From NCBI GenBank assembly GCA_021781515.1, contig JAJXWR010000003.1:3370-67369 (forward strand): 64,000 nt of DNA. Reading direction: 5' to 3'. How positions within the stretch are numbered: the first letter of the stretch is position 1; every line of letters starts with the position of its first letter. Position numbers and translations under genes: made by a program. The notes under the pieces are model-generated. The model had not been told where the DNA came from. It made no database searches and saw only the letters and a list, made by a program, of their open reading frames with translations. Shown one piece after another: positions 20,180-29,825 of the stretch. The DNA is from Pseudomonadota bacterium. GTDB taxonomy: Bacteria > Pseudomonadota > Gammaproteobacteria > Pseudomonadales > Moraxellaceae.

Positions 20180-23059
20180 CGCCGCACGCAATGGTGGCAT
20201 TATCCTGTCACGTACATCACCGCCTAGCCCCCCTTCGGTCATCAGCGTTTGCATTACTTTGTCTACAAGAAAGGTGCTGCTCTTCTGAATCACAAATTCA
20301 TTGATCAATGGCAAATTAAGTGCCTTGAACACCGGTACCCAGATTTCTTGCTCTCCCTGTCCCCAACGCACCTGAAGTTTCGGATCCAGGTGATAACATC
20401 CCCGCAGGGTACGCAAGAATAAAAACCGGTTATACGCATAATCCCGGTTCCGTTCATTGCGCGACAACACCGCCGAAATACTCTGCCGTGTATTGCGCTT
20501 GACTGAAACCACCCGAGCCGACAGATGCTTCCACGCCGCTTCTATGGATTGCGCCTCGATTGCATGACAGGGCAATTCGTTAAAACTGGTTTTCGTTAGC
20601 ACCCAGAGGGTCTGAAAAATCATATACTCCGCCAGGTGGCGATCTATACGCCGCAATCGGCCGTTACTCAGCACATCGACAGCGGCAGGGGCCAATAATT
20701 CGTAGAGTTCCGGAAATAGTTTGCGCGCAAAATTCTTCTCTGAAAACGCTTCACGCATTGCCCAATGCAGCGCATTCCAACCATAATGATCCACCGCCGT
20801 CTGACTGGCACCCCGTTCCAACAGTGCTTCCACCAGAGGGATATTGCCGGCTGCCGCCGCCGCCATCAATGGGGTCTGATTCATTGGCAACCGGTGATCC
20901 ACACCAAACTGATCACACTGCCTGAGCACCTCTTTGAGGTTTTTATTAAAATAATGCACATAGCTCTTGCGTCCCAACGTCGTGTTTTTCTGCCGGTATC
21001 CCACCGCATAATTCACGATGTACTGCCCTGTCAGCCCCAACTCCAGGGCAGGCTCTGCATGGCAGGCCGCATACTCCTGCAACTGACGTTTGAGTTTTTG
21101 CCCAGGTGCCGGTGCTTTAAACACTTTGACCATGGTGTCCTTGATTCTTTCTGCATCAAAAACCGGCCAAGGGGGCAACTGTTGCTTCAGGATGGTTTTA
21201 CGAATCGCATCCGCCTGTTCCTGCTTCCCCTGCAATTCAAGTTTATGCGCTTCCCGTTGCCATTCCTCCAGCGTCGAGGTTTGGGCTTCCACCTGCACTT
21301 TTCCCGACTTCGTCAGTCCTAGCAATTCCAGCAACGGGTGCCGGGCATCCGATTCCAGAATATAAAGATTACTAACCGCACGGGTGATGGCCACATAAAG
21401 CGCATTAACAAAGAACTTGTATATTTCCAGTGACTTGTCGTTCTTGTCCCGGGCACGATGGTAACTCAACTCCTCCATGGACTCCAGGTCAGCCCGGTTC
21501 ACCCCTTCGGCAATCGAGGCAAATTCTGCCCGGTGATCCGAAACAAAGCGAAACAGCACAATATTTTCGTATTCCAGACCCTTGGCCTCGTGAATGGAGA
21601 ACAGCAGCGGCGTAGAAAAATATTTTCTTGCCTCCGTCTTGTCCTCATCGCGCATCACCAGCACCGCATATTGCGTTGACTGACGGATCTGTTTGTCCAT
21701 ATCCCGCCGGATAACCTCCGTATCCGCCAACAACAACACCTGACCGGCAGCACCACCCACCGAATTCACCAGAAAATTACTTTCCCGGTCAATTGAACCA
21801 AAACGCAAATATTTAATTTTCAGTAATTGGTTGGCAACCCGGGTCGCCTCTGTGCCATTACGAAAATTTGCCGTCAGAATATTCAACTGATGCTGATCGG
21901 CCAGATTTTCATTTTTCCAGAACAGGGTTTTAATCTGCGCCCAGGAAAAAAAATTGGGATGCACAATCTGATTAGAATCACCGCATAATAAAAAACGTCC
22001 CGGTTGCTTCAGTGCTTTCAATACCAGTGCCAACTGCACGACCGTCAAATCCTGAACTTCATCCACGACCACAAAATCATATTCAGACTGGACCACGGAC
22101 TGCCAGCGGTACGCCACCCTGTTAATATCATAAAGGTGCGCTTCATCCATCCAGGCGGTATAACGCTCAAAGCAATCATATAAATGATGCCGTTGTTCCA
22201 AAGGAAAAATAGACTGACGCACCCCCAGTTCCAGATAATGCGCACGCGACAGAGTTCCTGTCTCCGATGCCGTGATTACCCCGCGAAACTCCTCGAACAC
22301 CTGATGGGCATCCAGTTCCCTGAACGCTATGCGCATCCGGGCAAACCAGGCCGAAAAATCCCGCCATAGGACTTCCCTGCCCTCAGGCACCTGAATCGAT
22401 TCAACAAATTCACGAAATGACAAAAAGACAGATTCTTGTTGAAAATTTTCATAACCCAGAGAAAAATACAGATCACTGGCATTCTTTGCCAGATACGCCG
22501 AGTGCGTGACATACAGCACCTTGCCCTCGATCTGCTTGAGCTTTTCCAGCGTCAATGCGGTTTTTCCACTTCCGGCACTGCCGATGATAATCAGCGGCGG
22601 CGACTGGCGGTAAATCACTTCCTGCCGATCATCAAAGGAAATGGGCTTATCCAGTATATGAATCCGCTTGCATTCGGGATGCAGGTAGCGCATTGGCAGT
22701 GATTCATGCAAAGCATCCTGGAGAGCCTCCTGCAAACTGGCTTCAGGAATCTTGCTCTCATCCACCAGCGCTCCTCGCAAAAAACGCGAGCTTCCATAAT
22801 CATGCTGATAAATTATTTCCAGCATCAATGCAACCACCTGATCCGCATGACGAATCAGACAAAACAACAAGCGATCCGCATCATTCAGTCGGGCACGATA
22901 GAAATTGATCTTGCCCACCTTGTGCATTTTTTTTACCTGCGCCGCACGAAAATCATCACGCAAAATAGCGGCTACCACTTTGTCATAAGCGGCCTGCACT
23001 GGTTCTGTTTTTAACCCTTCATAGATCAATACTTGCAAGATACCCTCGCTACGGTGCAA
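20165..23059 (-). CDS. Multidomain protein: RelE/ParE-like N-terminal region + UvrD/REP-type SF1 helicase/ATPase + ankyrin repeats + C-terminal region of unknown function
   Basis: Walker A is IIGSAGSGKT; DExx-like is VVVDEVQDL. LLCGDSNQ, FSIHEAKGLEYENIVLF and YVAITRA are UvrD_C-type motifs. The ankyrin signature is TPLMAAAAAGNIPLVEALLERGASQTAVDHYGWNALHWA. The N-terminus has INFYRARLNDADRLLF...LEIIYQHDY. The first codon in the track is TTG, so the exact start is uncertain. Confidence 0.8.
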   Translation of the reverse strand: MHRSEGILQVLIYEGLKTEPVQAAYDKVVAAILRDDFRAAQVKKMHKVGKINFYRARLNDADRLLFCLIRHADQVVALMLEIIYQHDYGSSRFLRGALVDESKIPEASLQEALQDALHESLPMRYLHPECKRIHILDKPISFDDRQEVIYRQSPPLIIIGSAGSGKTALTLEKLKQIEGKVLYVTHSAYLAKNASDLYFSLGYENFQQESVFLSFREFVESIQVPEGREVLWRDFSAWFARMRIAFRELDAHQVFEEFRGVITASETGTLSRAHYLELGVRQSIFPLEQRHHLYDCFERYTAWMDEAHLYDINRVAYRWQSVVQSEYDFVVVDEVQDLTVVQLALVLKALKQPGRFLLCGDSNQIVHPNFFSWAQIKTLFWKNENLADQHQLNILTANFRNGTEATRVANQLLKIKYLRFGSIDRESNFLVNSVGGAAGQVLLLADTEVIRRDMDKQIRQSTQYAVLVMRDEDKTEARKYFSTPLLFSIHEAKGLEYENIVLFRFVSDHRAEFASIAEGVNRADLESMEELSYHRARDKNDKSLEIYKFFVNALYVAITRAVSNLYILESDARHPLLELLGLTKSGKVQVEAQTSTLEEWQREAHKLELQGKQEQADAIRKTILKQQLPPWPVFDAERIKDTMVKVFKAPAPGQKLKRQLQEYAACHAEPALELGLTGQYIVNYAVGYRQKNTTLGRKSYVHYFNKNLKEVLRQCDQFGVDHRLPMNQTPLMAAAAAGNIPLVEALLERGASQTAVDHYGWNALHWAMREAFSEKNFARKLFPELYELLAPAAVDVLSNGRLRRIDRHLAEYMIFQTLWVLTKTSFNELPCHAIEAQSIEAAWKHLSARVVSVKRNTRQSISAVLSRNERNRDYAYNRFLFLRTLRGCYHLDPKLQVRWGQGEQEIWVPVFKALNLPLINEFVIQKSSTFLVDKVMQTLMTEGGLGGDVRDRIMPPLRAAVERW

Positions 23060-23616
23060 TAAAAAAAAGCGTCAGAGAAACCAGATGATAACCCGTTACT
23101 TCATGTACCTGACCGTGTTGCCACAAGACAAGGCACCCCCGTTCACCTTGGCTACCAGCTTTGAATGCTTCCATCCGGTATTATATAATCAGTTCTTCTG
23201 ATATTTCACAGAACAAGCGCAATTATCTGCAGCATTGACCGCTCATGAAACCTCAGGAAGACAGCCCAACGGCCAGCACACCCACTGGATCGGAAGCAAT
23301 ACACCGCATTGATGTTCTGCATAAGATGCTTTCCAGACCTCTCGTAAATCGCAGCAATCAATACTGCATAATCATCCGTTACCTGATGCAAGCAAGGCCA
23401 AGATAGTTTTAGACGCAATCTAATAAACATTATTCTTATTATTAAATAATATATAAATCTCGCTGATAGTCATCAGCACCACAAGTTCATCCCCAATCTC
23501 TATTATTTATTTAAATAGTGACCTACGTCATTTATATTACAATTTTTTGCGCACAGACTAAAGCAATTTCAGTGAGAAACAGGAACCGTTTTTCTTTTTT
23601 TCATTATGGAGGCATC

Positions 23617-25857
23617 GTGATAGAAAACAGGATCGCTAATTTTTTAGCGTTGCTTTTCATCGGATTAATTACGTTGAGTCTAGTAAGTTGTGGCGGTGGT
23701 GGCAATGGAAACAGTACCAGCAACACAACGGCCTCCGTTGCCCGTTTTGCAGGCAATTACAGTGGCACTTATTCCGGTTCTGGAGTATCGGGAACCTGGA
23801 GCGCAACAGTGGATAATCAGGGGAACATTACCGGAACCGCCGGCGACAGTTCCGGTTCAATCCATCTGACAGGTAACGTCACTGCGACCGGTCAACTGAG
23901 CATGACTTCTCCCGATGCCTCTTTCGGTGGTTCAGCCAGCGGCAGTATTGATGCCAACGGAAATTTTAACGCCAACTGGACTACCGCTACCCCACCAGGG
24001 AACACCATCACAATTTCCGGAACCAGAGCATCCTCAGTGGCCACCTCAACCCTTACCGGAACCGTTTTGGTCAATAAAAGCACGGCGGTCAGTAAGGCTG
24101 CCGTGGTGTTGTGGGCCTCCGATCCTCAGCAAGGTGCCGTCGCCATCGGTAAGTCCACCTCGGACAGCAACGGTCAGTTTACGATCAGCTATTCGAATCC
24201 TGCCAATAGCGATGTCCTCTATGTCACCGCCTATCAGGGCAACGTTGGATCCGCCAGTAATAATACAGCACTGCAGCTGGCAGCCAGTGTAGGCGTCGCC
24301 TCTTCTTTGGCGACCACCACCGACATCACACTCAACGAGTTATCCACCGTCGCCTTTGCTCAGGTCTTTGGTCGCTCGTACACCGCCAACGGCTTGCAAA
24401 ATGCCACGGCCACTCAGGCCAGTACCGTTCGTGCGTTAGTGAACACCAATGGCCAGATGCAAACGCAAGACGGTACCATGATCCCCTCCCTGAACTGGCA
24501 GGCAGATATTCTGGCGTCCTGTTCGCTGTCCGTCAGTAATTGCACCACCTTGCAAACAGCCAGTTCTGCTTCCGATGTATTCCTTTCGCTGGTTAGTTGG
24601 GCGATTGCCAATAATTCAGTGGACTGGAAAACCTTGGGTACACTGGTCAGCTCCACCCCTCCTTACGACAGCACTACCTTTCCGGTCGCCACTTCATTGC
24701 ATGGTTTTGCACAACCACTGACCATTACATTGAACAATAGTACGCTGAATAAGGCATTGAGTCAGCCACAGGGAATCGCCATCGACACGCAATGCAATGT
24801 GTGGGTAGGCAGCAATGCCAACCCTGGCTATGTCAGTGAAATCAATTTGGCCTCGCAAAAGGTCGTGGGTCTGGTGTCAGGCACACTGGGACAACCCATG
24901 TCCTTTAATAAGCCCAACACCCTGGCCAGCGATAGCCAGGGAAATGTCTGGATTCTTGATGGCAACCAAAATGTCGCTTTATATTCACAAAATGCGGTGC
25001 AGACACCATGGAGTACTGGGCCATACTCCACCATTGCGTCTGTCCAAGGATCCGGTGCCATCGGCATCTGGGGAACAACACCAGGTTCGCCTGCTCAACT
25101 CGTCAATAATCAGGCGGCGGCGCCATTCAATCCCAGTCTCTCTATTAAAACGCTTGGGGTAAGCATTGCCGCTGATACCTCGGGCAAATTTGTCTATGTG
25201 GCAGACAACGATAAATCCATCAGCCAATACTCGACCAATCCCTTGGCACTTGTTTCTTCGTATAATACACTTCCTTCTGCTACAGGCGTCATTACCGTCG
25301 ATTCCAATGACCATGTCTGGGGCTTGATGGCAAGTTCAAGCACCATGTTTTACCTCGATTTTTCTGCATCCTCTACTCCATCCAGTTTTTATGCCTCTGT
25401 TCCCCTGCCCAATTCCATGAAAACATTGACTGCATCCACCGAACAGGTGTCCATGGCCATTGATGGTAACAATAACGTCTGGTTTGTCGATTCGGCATTC
25501 GATAATGTCTTCGAGTACCTGCCTTCCAGTAAAAACTGGTCTGTTTTTAATCTTCCCTCAGGCAGCGGCCCGGTTAACCTGGCCATTGATGTCTGGGGGG
25601 ACGTGTGGGTAGTCGATAATAATAGTAATGCAGTCACGGTTATGCCCGGTGCAGCGGTACCTGTGGGCTCTTGCAAGCCTACAGGCGTCACTACGGCATT
25701 GGGCGGCAGTGTTTCCGTGCCCACCCAGGACGTCAACTGGAATCCAGCCAGCACCCAAAACCTGACTCCGGTGTCGAACAGTTCATCCACCGCAACGCCT
25801 ACCGGGAACACCAATAATTACTGGTATTGGTGGGGCTGGAATTTCATGTTGAGCTAA
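23617..25857 (+). CDS. Large lipoprotein with NHL/Vgb-like beta-propeller repeats
   Basis: A GTG at 23617 lies 4 nt after a GGAGG SD. The signal ends in the lipobox LSLVSC followed by GGGGNGN. Recurrent D(S/T/G)xxNVW(V/I/F)xD blades are present (DTQCNVWVGS, DSQGNVWILD, DSNDHVWGL, DGNNNVWFVD, DVWGDVWVVD). The protein is Thr/Ser-rich and has a Trp-rich C-terminal tail (NNYWYWWGWNFMLS). Confidence 0.7.
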   Translation: MIENRIANFLALLFIGLITLSLVSCGGGGNGNSTSNTTASVARFAGNYSGTYSGSGVSGTWSATVDNQGNITGTAGDSSGSIHLTGNVTATGQLSMTSPDASFGGSASGSIDANGNFNANWTTATPPGNTITISGTRASSVATSTLTGTVLVNKSTAVSKAAVVLWASDPQQGAVAIGKSTSDSNGQFTISYSNPANSDVLYVTAYQGNVGSASNNTALQLAASVGVASSLATTTDITLNELSTVAFAQVFGRSYTANGLQNATATQASTVRALVNTNGQMQTQDGTMIPSLNWQADILASCSLSVSNCTTLQTASSASDVFLSLVSWAIANNSVDWKTLGTLVSSTPPYDSTTFPVATSLHGFAQPLTITLNNSTLNKALSQPQGIAIDTQCNVWVGSNANPGYVSEINLASQKVVGLVSGTLGQPMSFNKPNTLASDSQGNVWILDGNQNVALYSQNAVQTPWSTGPYSTIASVQGSGAIGIWGTTPGSPAQLVNNQAAAPFNPSLSIKTLGVSIAADTSGKFVYVADNDKSISQYSTNPLALVSSYNTLPSATGVITVDSNDHVWGLMASSSTMFYLDFSASSTPSSFYASVPLPNSMKTLTASTEQVSMAIDGNNNVWFVDSAFDNVFEYLPSSKNWSVFNLPSGSGPVNLAIDVWGDVWVVDNNSNAVTVMPGAAVPVGSCKPTGVTTALGGSVSVPTQDVNWNPASTQNLTPVSNSSSTATPTGNTNNYWYWWGWNFMLS

Positions 25858-25956
25858 ACGATGCTCTATAACAGCGCCTGCAATGGAAGATGGCGGGCGC
25901 TGTTGCTGTTCACAAAATCCACGACACGGAACACCCGGAAATGCGGCTGTCCTTCG

Positions 25957-26736
25957 CTATCTCTTCTGCAAACACAACCATAACACTTGGTATTGCAATA
26001 AAAACCCGTCCGACTCACTCAATTCATTCCAGAATTTCAGCGCACCTGCATAGGCACTGCGGCCCAACAGCCCTTTTCTCGGTTGCGTCTGCGCACTGGC
26101 TCCTGAAATGCTCAGCATCGACAGTGCCTCTTTCGCCTGCGACCGACGCACACACAAGCTGCCTTGCTGTAATGCCTCCGTTTTTAATTCAGGCACCTCT
26201 ATAGCGTCCAACCATTCTTCAGCAGCCGGCAGCCGGTTCACCGGATCCTGCAACCCTGCCGCCTGCCAGGCGCTACTCAGTTCCTGCAACGACCCAGCGA
26301 CCGGCATCGCCAGTGCCAGCCAGCCACCGGGACGCATGACCCGTACCATTTCCTGCACAATCCGGCCAGGATCAGTACACCACTGCACAGCGAAATTACT
26401 AATCAGCAAGCCAATGCTGGCGGTTTGCAGTGGCAAATGATGCATATCAGCCTGCAGAAGTAGCGTATTGCCTTTTTGTCGGGCCACCTGCAGCATGGGG
26501 GCAGCCCAGTCGAGAAGCAGTGGTTCAGGACAGTGCTTTGTACGGCAATGCGTCTGCAGCAAGGCACCGAGTTCCCCCGTACCTCCACCCACATCCAGAC
26601 ACAGGGATTCATTGAAGCCCGCCACAGGGATCAACGGTAGCAACCGCTGCAAGGATTGCCGCTGCAAAAATGCCACCTGATCATAGGTTGCCGCTGCATG
26701 GGCAAAAGAACGACAGATACGTTCTGGATAATGCAT
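25957..26736 (-). CDS. bioC: Malonyl-[acyl-carrier protein] O-methyltransferase
   Basis: The start at MHYPERICRSFAHAAATYD lies 4 nt after the bioH stop. It has the SAM motif LDVGGGTGELG and is the last gene of the bio operon. Confidence 0.8.
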   Translation of the reverse strand: MHYPERICRSFAHAAATYDQVAFLQRQSLQRLLPLIPVAGFNESLCLDVGGGTGELGALLQTHCRTKHCPEPLLLDWAAPMLQVARQKGNTLLLQADMHHLPLQTASIGLLISNFAVQWCTDPGRIVQEMVRVMRPGGWLALAMPVAGSLQELSSAWQAAGLQDPVNRLPAAEEWLDAIEVPELKTEALQQGSLCVRRSQAKEALSMLSISGASAQTQPRKGLLGRSAYAGALKFWNELSESDGFLLQYQVLWLCLQKR

Positions 26737-26740
26737 GAAT

Positions 26741-27484
26741 CTAGTACTCCATTCCCAGTATAGAAGGTAACAGTGCATCCCACAATCGCGTAAAATGCCA
26801 GGGAATGAGATGTCCTGTGGCCGGCCAGACCCGGACATGGCAGTTCAATGCCCGGTAATACTCCGCCAATGCCTGCGGAACCAACTGATCCTCTGCGCCA
26901 AGAATGACGTTGATTTTGCGGCATGACGCAGCGGCCACTCGCCGCAGTTCGTCCCGGTAATCTGACTGTAACCACTGCAGTTGCGCTGCCAAAGGATAAG
27001 CAGCCGCCGATAATAAACCGTCAGGCAGTGATTTCAGTGTGCTATATAAATGCCGCCACTGCGCTTCCCCTTCACATTGCAAGCGCAGAAATGCCTGCAT
27101 CTGCCGTACTGGATGCTGTTGCAGCCCCGTCTGCAGTTGCTGACCCTGGCACTGCGCAACACCGGGCCAGTGAACATCCGTATAAAAACAGGGATTGCAC
27201 GCCAGCAGGCTCAGACTGAGCACTTTTTCTGGAAAATCATGCGCCAGACGCAGTGCCACTATTCCCCCTGCAGACCAGCCCACCAGATGCACCGGTGAAG
27301 TCCAGTCTGCGGTTATGCGTTGAAGCTGCAGTTCCAGCGTCGCTTCGGTGAGTTGCAGCACCTGACAGCGCAGCCGCTGTTGCGAAGCCGACTGCCAGTC
27401 AGGCTCAGCACATTTCCCGATCTGCCAGATTCCCGCTCCCCAGCCCCATCCGGAAAGCAACCAGCAAGGCGCTGCCTCAGGCAT
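26741..27484 (-). CDS. bioH: Pimeloyl-ACP methyl ester esterase-like alpha/beta hydrolase
   Basis: Nucleophile elbow VHLVGWSAGG; a late His in PATGHLIPW. Its start ATGCCTGA overlaps the bioF stop by 8 nt. It holds the position between bioF and bioC. Confidence 0.7.
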   Translation of the reverse strand: MPEAAPCWLLSGWGWGAGIWQIGKCAEPDWQSASQQRLRCQVLQLTEATLELQLQRITADWTSPVHLVGWSAGGIVALRLAHDFPEKVLSLSLLACNPCFYTDVHWPGVAQCQGQQLQTGLQQHPVRQMQAFLRLQCEGEAQWRHLYSTLKSLPDGLLSAAAYPLAAQLQWLQSDYRDELRRVAAASCRKINVILGAEDQLVPQALAEYYRALNCHVRVWPATGHLIPWHFTRLWDALLPSILGMEY

Positions 27485-28670
27485 CAGCAGCATCGCCTTC
27501 AGAACCCGCTGCATCGTCTGGCGGCCACACAGCTGCCAGTGCCGTAAGCAAACGATCAATATCCTGCAGGGTATGCGCCACACTCAGGGTGATTCGCAGC
27601 CGTGATGTTCCGGCAGGCACCGTGGGTGGCCGTATGGCCGTGACCCATATCCCTTGCTGCAATAAACGATGACTGATTTCCTGTGCTTTTGCCGCCGCAC
27701 CGATCAGCAGAGGCTGTATGGCCGTCGCACTCTTTTGCAACGGCAAACCGAGCGCCGCAGCGCCGGTACGAAAATAACGAATCCGTTCCTGCAAGGCGCT
27801 ACGCCGCCAGTGGTCCTGTTGTGCCCGCTGTGCCGACTCCAGCGTCGCTGCCGCTAATGCGGGCGACAGTGCCGTGGTATAAATATACGGTCGGGCACTT
27901 TGAGTCAACCAGTCTATCATTTCCTCACTTCCCAACACACAGGCCCCCTGGGTTCCCAGTGCCTTGCCAAAGGTCAGCACCAGCAACGGCACTTCCTCCT
28001 GGCTGAAACCTGCCCCCCATCCTTGCCCCTGATCGCCCAAGACGCCGATACCGTGGGCATCATCCACCGCCAGCAGTGCGGCATGTGTCGAGGCCAATGC
28101 GGACAATGCCGCTAACGGAGCCTGATCTCCATCCATGCTGAATACGGCATCAGTAATCAGTAATCTGGTTTTTCGCCGTTCTAACTGCCGCTGCGCCGCT
28201 GCACTGTCCGCATGCGCATAACGCCGTAAAGAGGCATTGGCCATCGCCACCGCATCGAGTAATGACGCATGATTCAGTCGATCCTGCAATACCACCTCGC
28301 CTTTACCTGTCAGCCCGGCGACGACCGCCAGATTCGCCAGCCAACCACTGGAAAACAGCAGCGCCCGTTGTCTTCCGGTCCACTGGCAGAGAAAATTTTC
28401 CAGTTCTGCATGAATCTGTTGATGCCCACAGACCAGGTGCGATGACCCCGCCCCCACCCCGTAACGCTGCGCCCCTGCACACAGTGCCGCAATGACAGCC
28501 GGATCTGCGGCCAATCCCAAATAATCATTACTACAAAAATTCAGGTACATCCGCCCATCTGCAGTGCTCAGTTCCCGGCCCTGGGCACCCCGGTGCATTG
28601 CCTGCTGACGATACAGCCCGGCCGCCTGACGTTGCTGCAGCCGCTCACTCCACTCAGACATCCTGCCCAA
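27477..28670 (-). CDS. bioF: 8-amino-7-oxononanoate synthase
   Basis: 397 aa. [24 protein letters not shown] and TFGKALG (PLP lysine) are typical of BioF/alpha-oxoamine synthases. Confidence 0.9.
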   Translation of the reverse strand: MGRMSEWSERLQQRQAAGLYRQQAMHRGAQGRELSTADGRMYLNFCSNDYLGLAADPAVIAALCAGAQRYGVGAGSSHLVCGHQQIHAELENFLCQWTGRQRALLFSSGWLANLAVVAGLTGKGEVVLQDRLNHASLLDAVAMANASLRRYAHADSAAAQRQLERRKTRLLITDAVFSMDGDQAPLAALSALASTHAALLAVDDAHGIGVLGDQGQGWGAGFSQEEVPLLVLTFGKALGTQGACVLGSEEMIDWLTQSARPYIYTTALSPALAAATLESAQRAQQDHWRRSALQERIRYFRTGAAALGLPLQKSATAIQPLLIGAAAKAQEISHRLLQQGIWVTAIRPPTVPAGTSRLRITLSVAHTLQDIDRLLTALAAVWPPDDAAGSEGDAADA

Positions 28671-29688
28671 GCTCCACCGTTCTCACCGATTGCCGAGACA
28701 CCGCCATGGCATCGTAATAAAGCGGTTCAGGCTGCGAATCCACCGCCACCTTGGCCCAGCGCATCCCTGTACGTTGCAGTAACGCCTGATCCCGATCCAC
28801 GGCCGCATTGGGCGTAGTCAATAATTTACATCCCAGAAACAGTGAATTGGCTCCAGCCATAAAACACAACAGTTGCAAACTGTCCGACATGGACTCCCGT
28901 CCGGCCGATAAACGCACCCATGACTTAGGCATCAACAAACGCGCCACGGCAATGGTCCGGACAAATTCCAGTTCATCAATCGGCGGTGCCTCTGCTAACG
29001 GAGTTCCGGGAACCGGCACCAACCGGTTTATCGGCACCGATTCCGGATGTTGCGGCAGATTGGCCAACTGCTGCAACAGGCTCACCCGATCCTCCCGGAC
29101 TTCCCCCATGCCCATAATTCCCCCGGCACACACTTTTACCCCTGCATTACGCACATGCGTCAGGGTGTCCAGTCGGTCGGCATACCGCCGGGTACTAATG
29201 ATTTTTTCATAGAATTCCGGTGACGTATCCAGATTATGGTTATAGTAATCCAGCCCCGCCGCCGCCAGTGCGTCCGCCTGACTGGCGCTTAACATACCTA
29301 AGGTCATACAGGTTTCCATCCCCAGCGCTTTCACCTGCCGCACCATCTCCAGAACCACCGGCATATCCCGTTCATGCGGTGAGCGCCAGGCGGCCCCCAT
29401 ACAAAACCGGCTGGCTCCCTGCGCTCGGGCGACACGCGCCGCCTCAACCACTTCCTCAACATTCAGCAGTTTTTCCCGTTCCAGTCCTGTTTGATAACGA
29501 CTGGCCTGGGCACAATACTGACAGTCTTCAGGACAGGCTCCGGTTTTGATAGACAGCAGGGTTGATGCCTGAATTTCCAGTGGATCAAAATGCTGTCGAT
29601 GTACAGCTTGGGCCTGAAACAATAATTCTGGCAACGGTTGCGCAAACAGCGCCGCAATTTCAGCCAATGCCCAGTCGTGGCGTAGCAT
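28654..29688 (-). CDS. bioB: Biotin synthase (radical SAM)
   Basis: Contains [12 protein letters not shown] (the CxxxCxxC radical-SAM cluster), [12 protein letters not shown] and GGIMGMGE. Confidence 0.95.
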   Translation of the reverse strand: MLRHDWALAEIAALFAQPLPELLFQAQAVHRQHFDPLEIQASTLLSIKTGACPEDCQYCAQASRYQTGLEREKLLNVEEVVEAARVARAQGASRFCMGAAWRSPHERDMPVVLEMVRQVKALGMETCMTLGMLSASQADALAAAGLDYYNHNLDTSPEFYEKIISTRRYADRLDTLTHVRNAGVKVCAGGIMGMGEVREDRVSLLQQLANLPQHPESVPINRLVPVPGTPLAEAPPIDELEFVRTIAVARLLMPKSWVRLSAGRESMSDSLQLLCFMAGANSLFLGCKLLTTPNAAVDRDQALLQRTGMRWAKVAVDSQPEPLYYDAMAVSRQSVRTVELGQDV

Positions 29689-29696
29689 ACCTACCT

Positions 29697-29726
29697 CGTA
29701 AACTAATTATAAGTTTTTAGTTTACG
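29697..29726. promoter_or_regulatory. BirA-operator-like (bioO) inverted repeat upstream of bioB
   Basis: CGTAAACTAA (29697-29706) and TTAGTTTACG (29717-29726) form a perfect 10-bp inverted repeat with a 10-bp AT-rich spacer, immediately upstream of the bioB SD/ATG. The half-site GTAAAC/GTTTAC is the core of the E. coli bioO half-sites (TGTAAACC). A third TAAACT half-site lies at 29730-29735. Confidence 0.5.
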
Positions 29727-29825
29727 AGCTAAACTGAGTTTTGGCAACCCAACCCAGACGCATTGGCCTGCCACTGCAGCACCGAACATGAGACACATGA
29801 AGCACATGAAAAAATGGAGAGATCT

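Noticed and set aside
23206-23430. 74-aa minus-strand ORF upstream of the helicase-ankyrin gene
   Set aside because: I see no domain signature or ribosome-binding site, and it sits in an AT-rich spacer. The evidence is too weak to call a gene.
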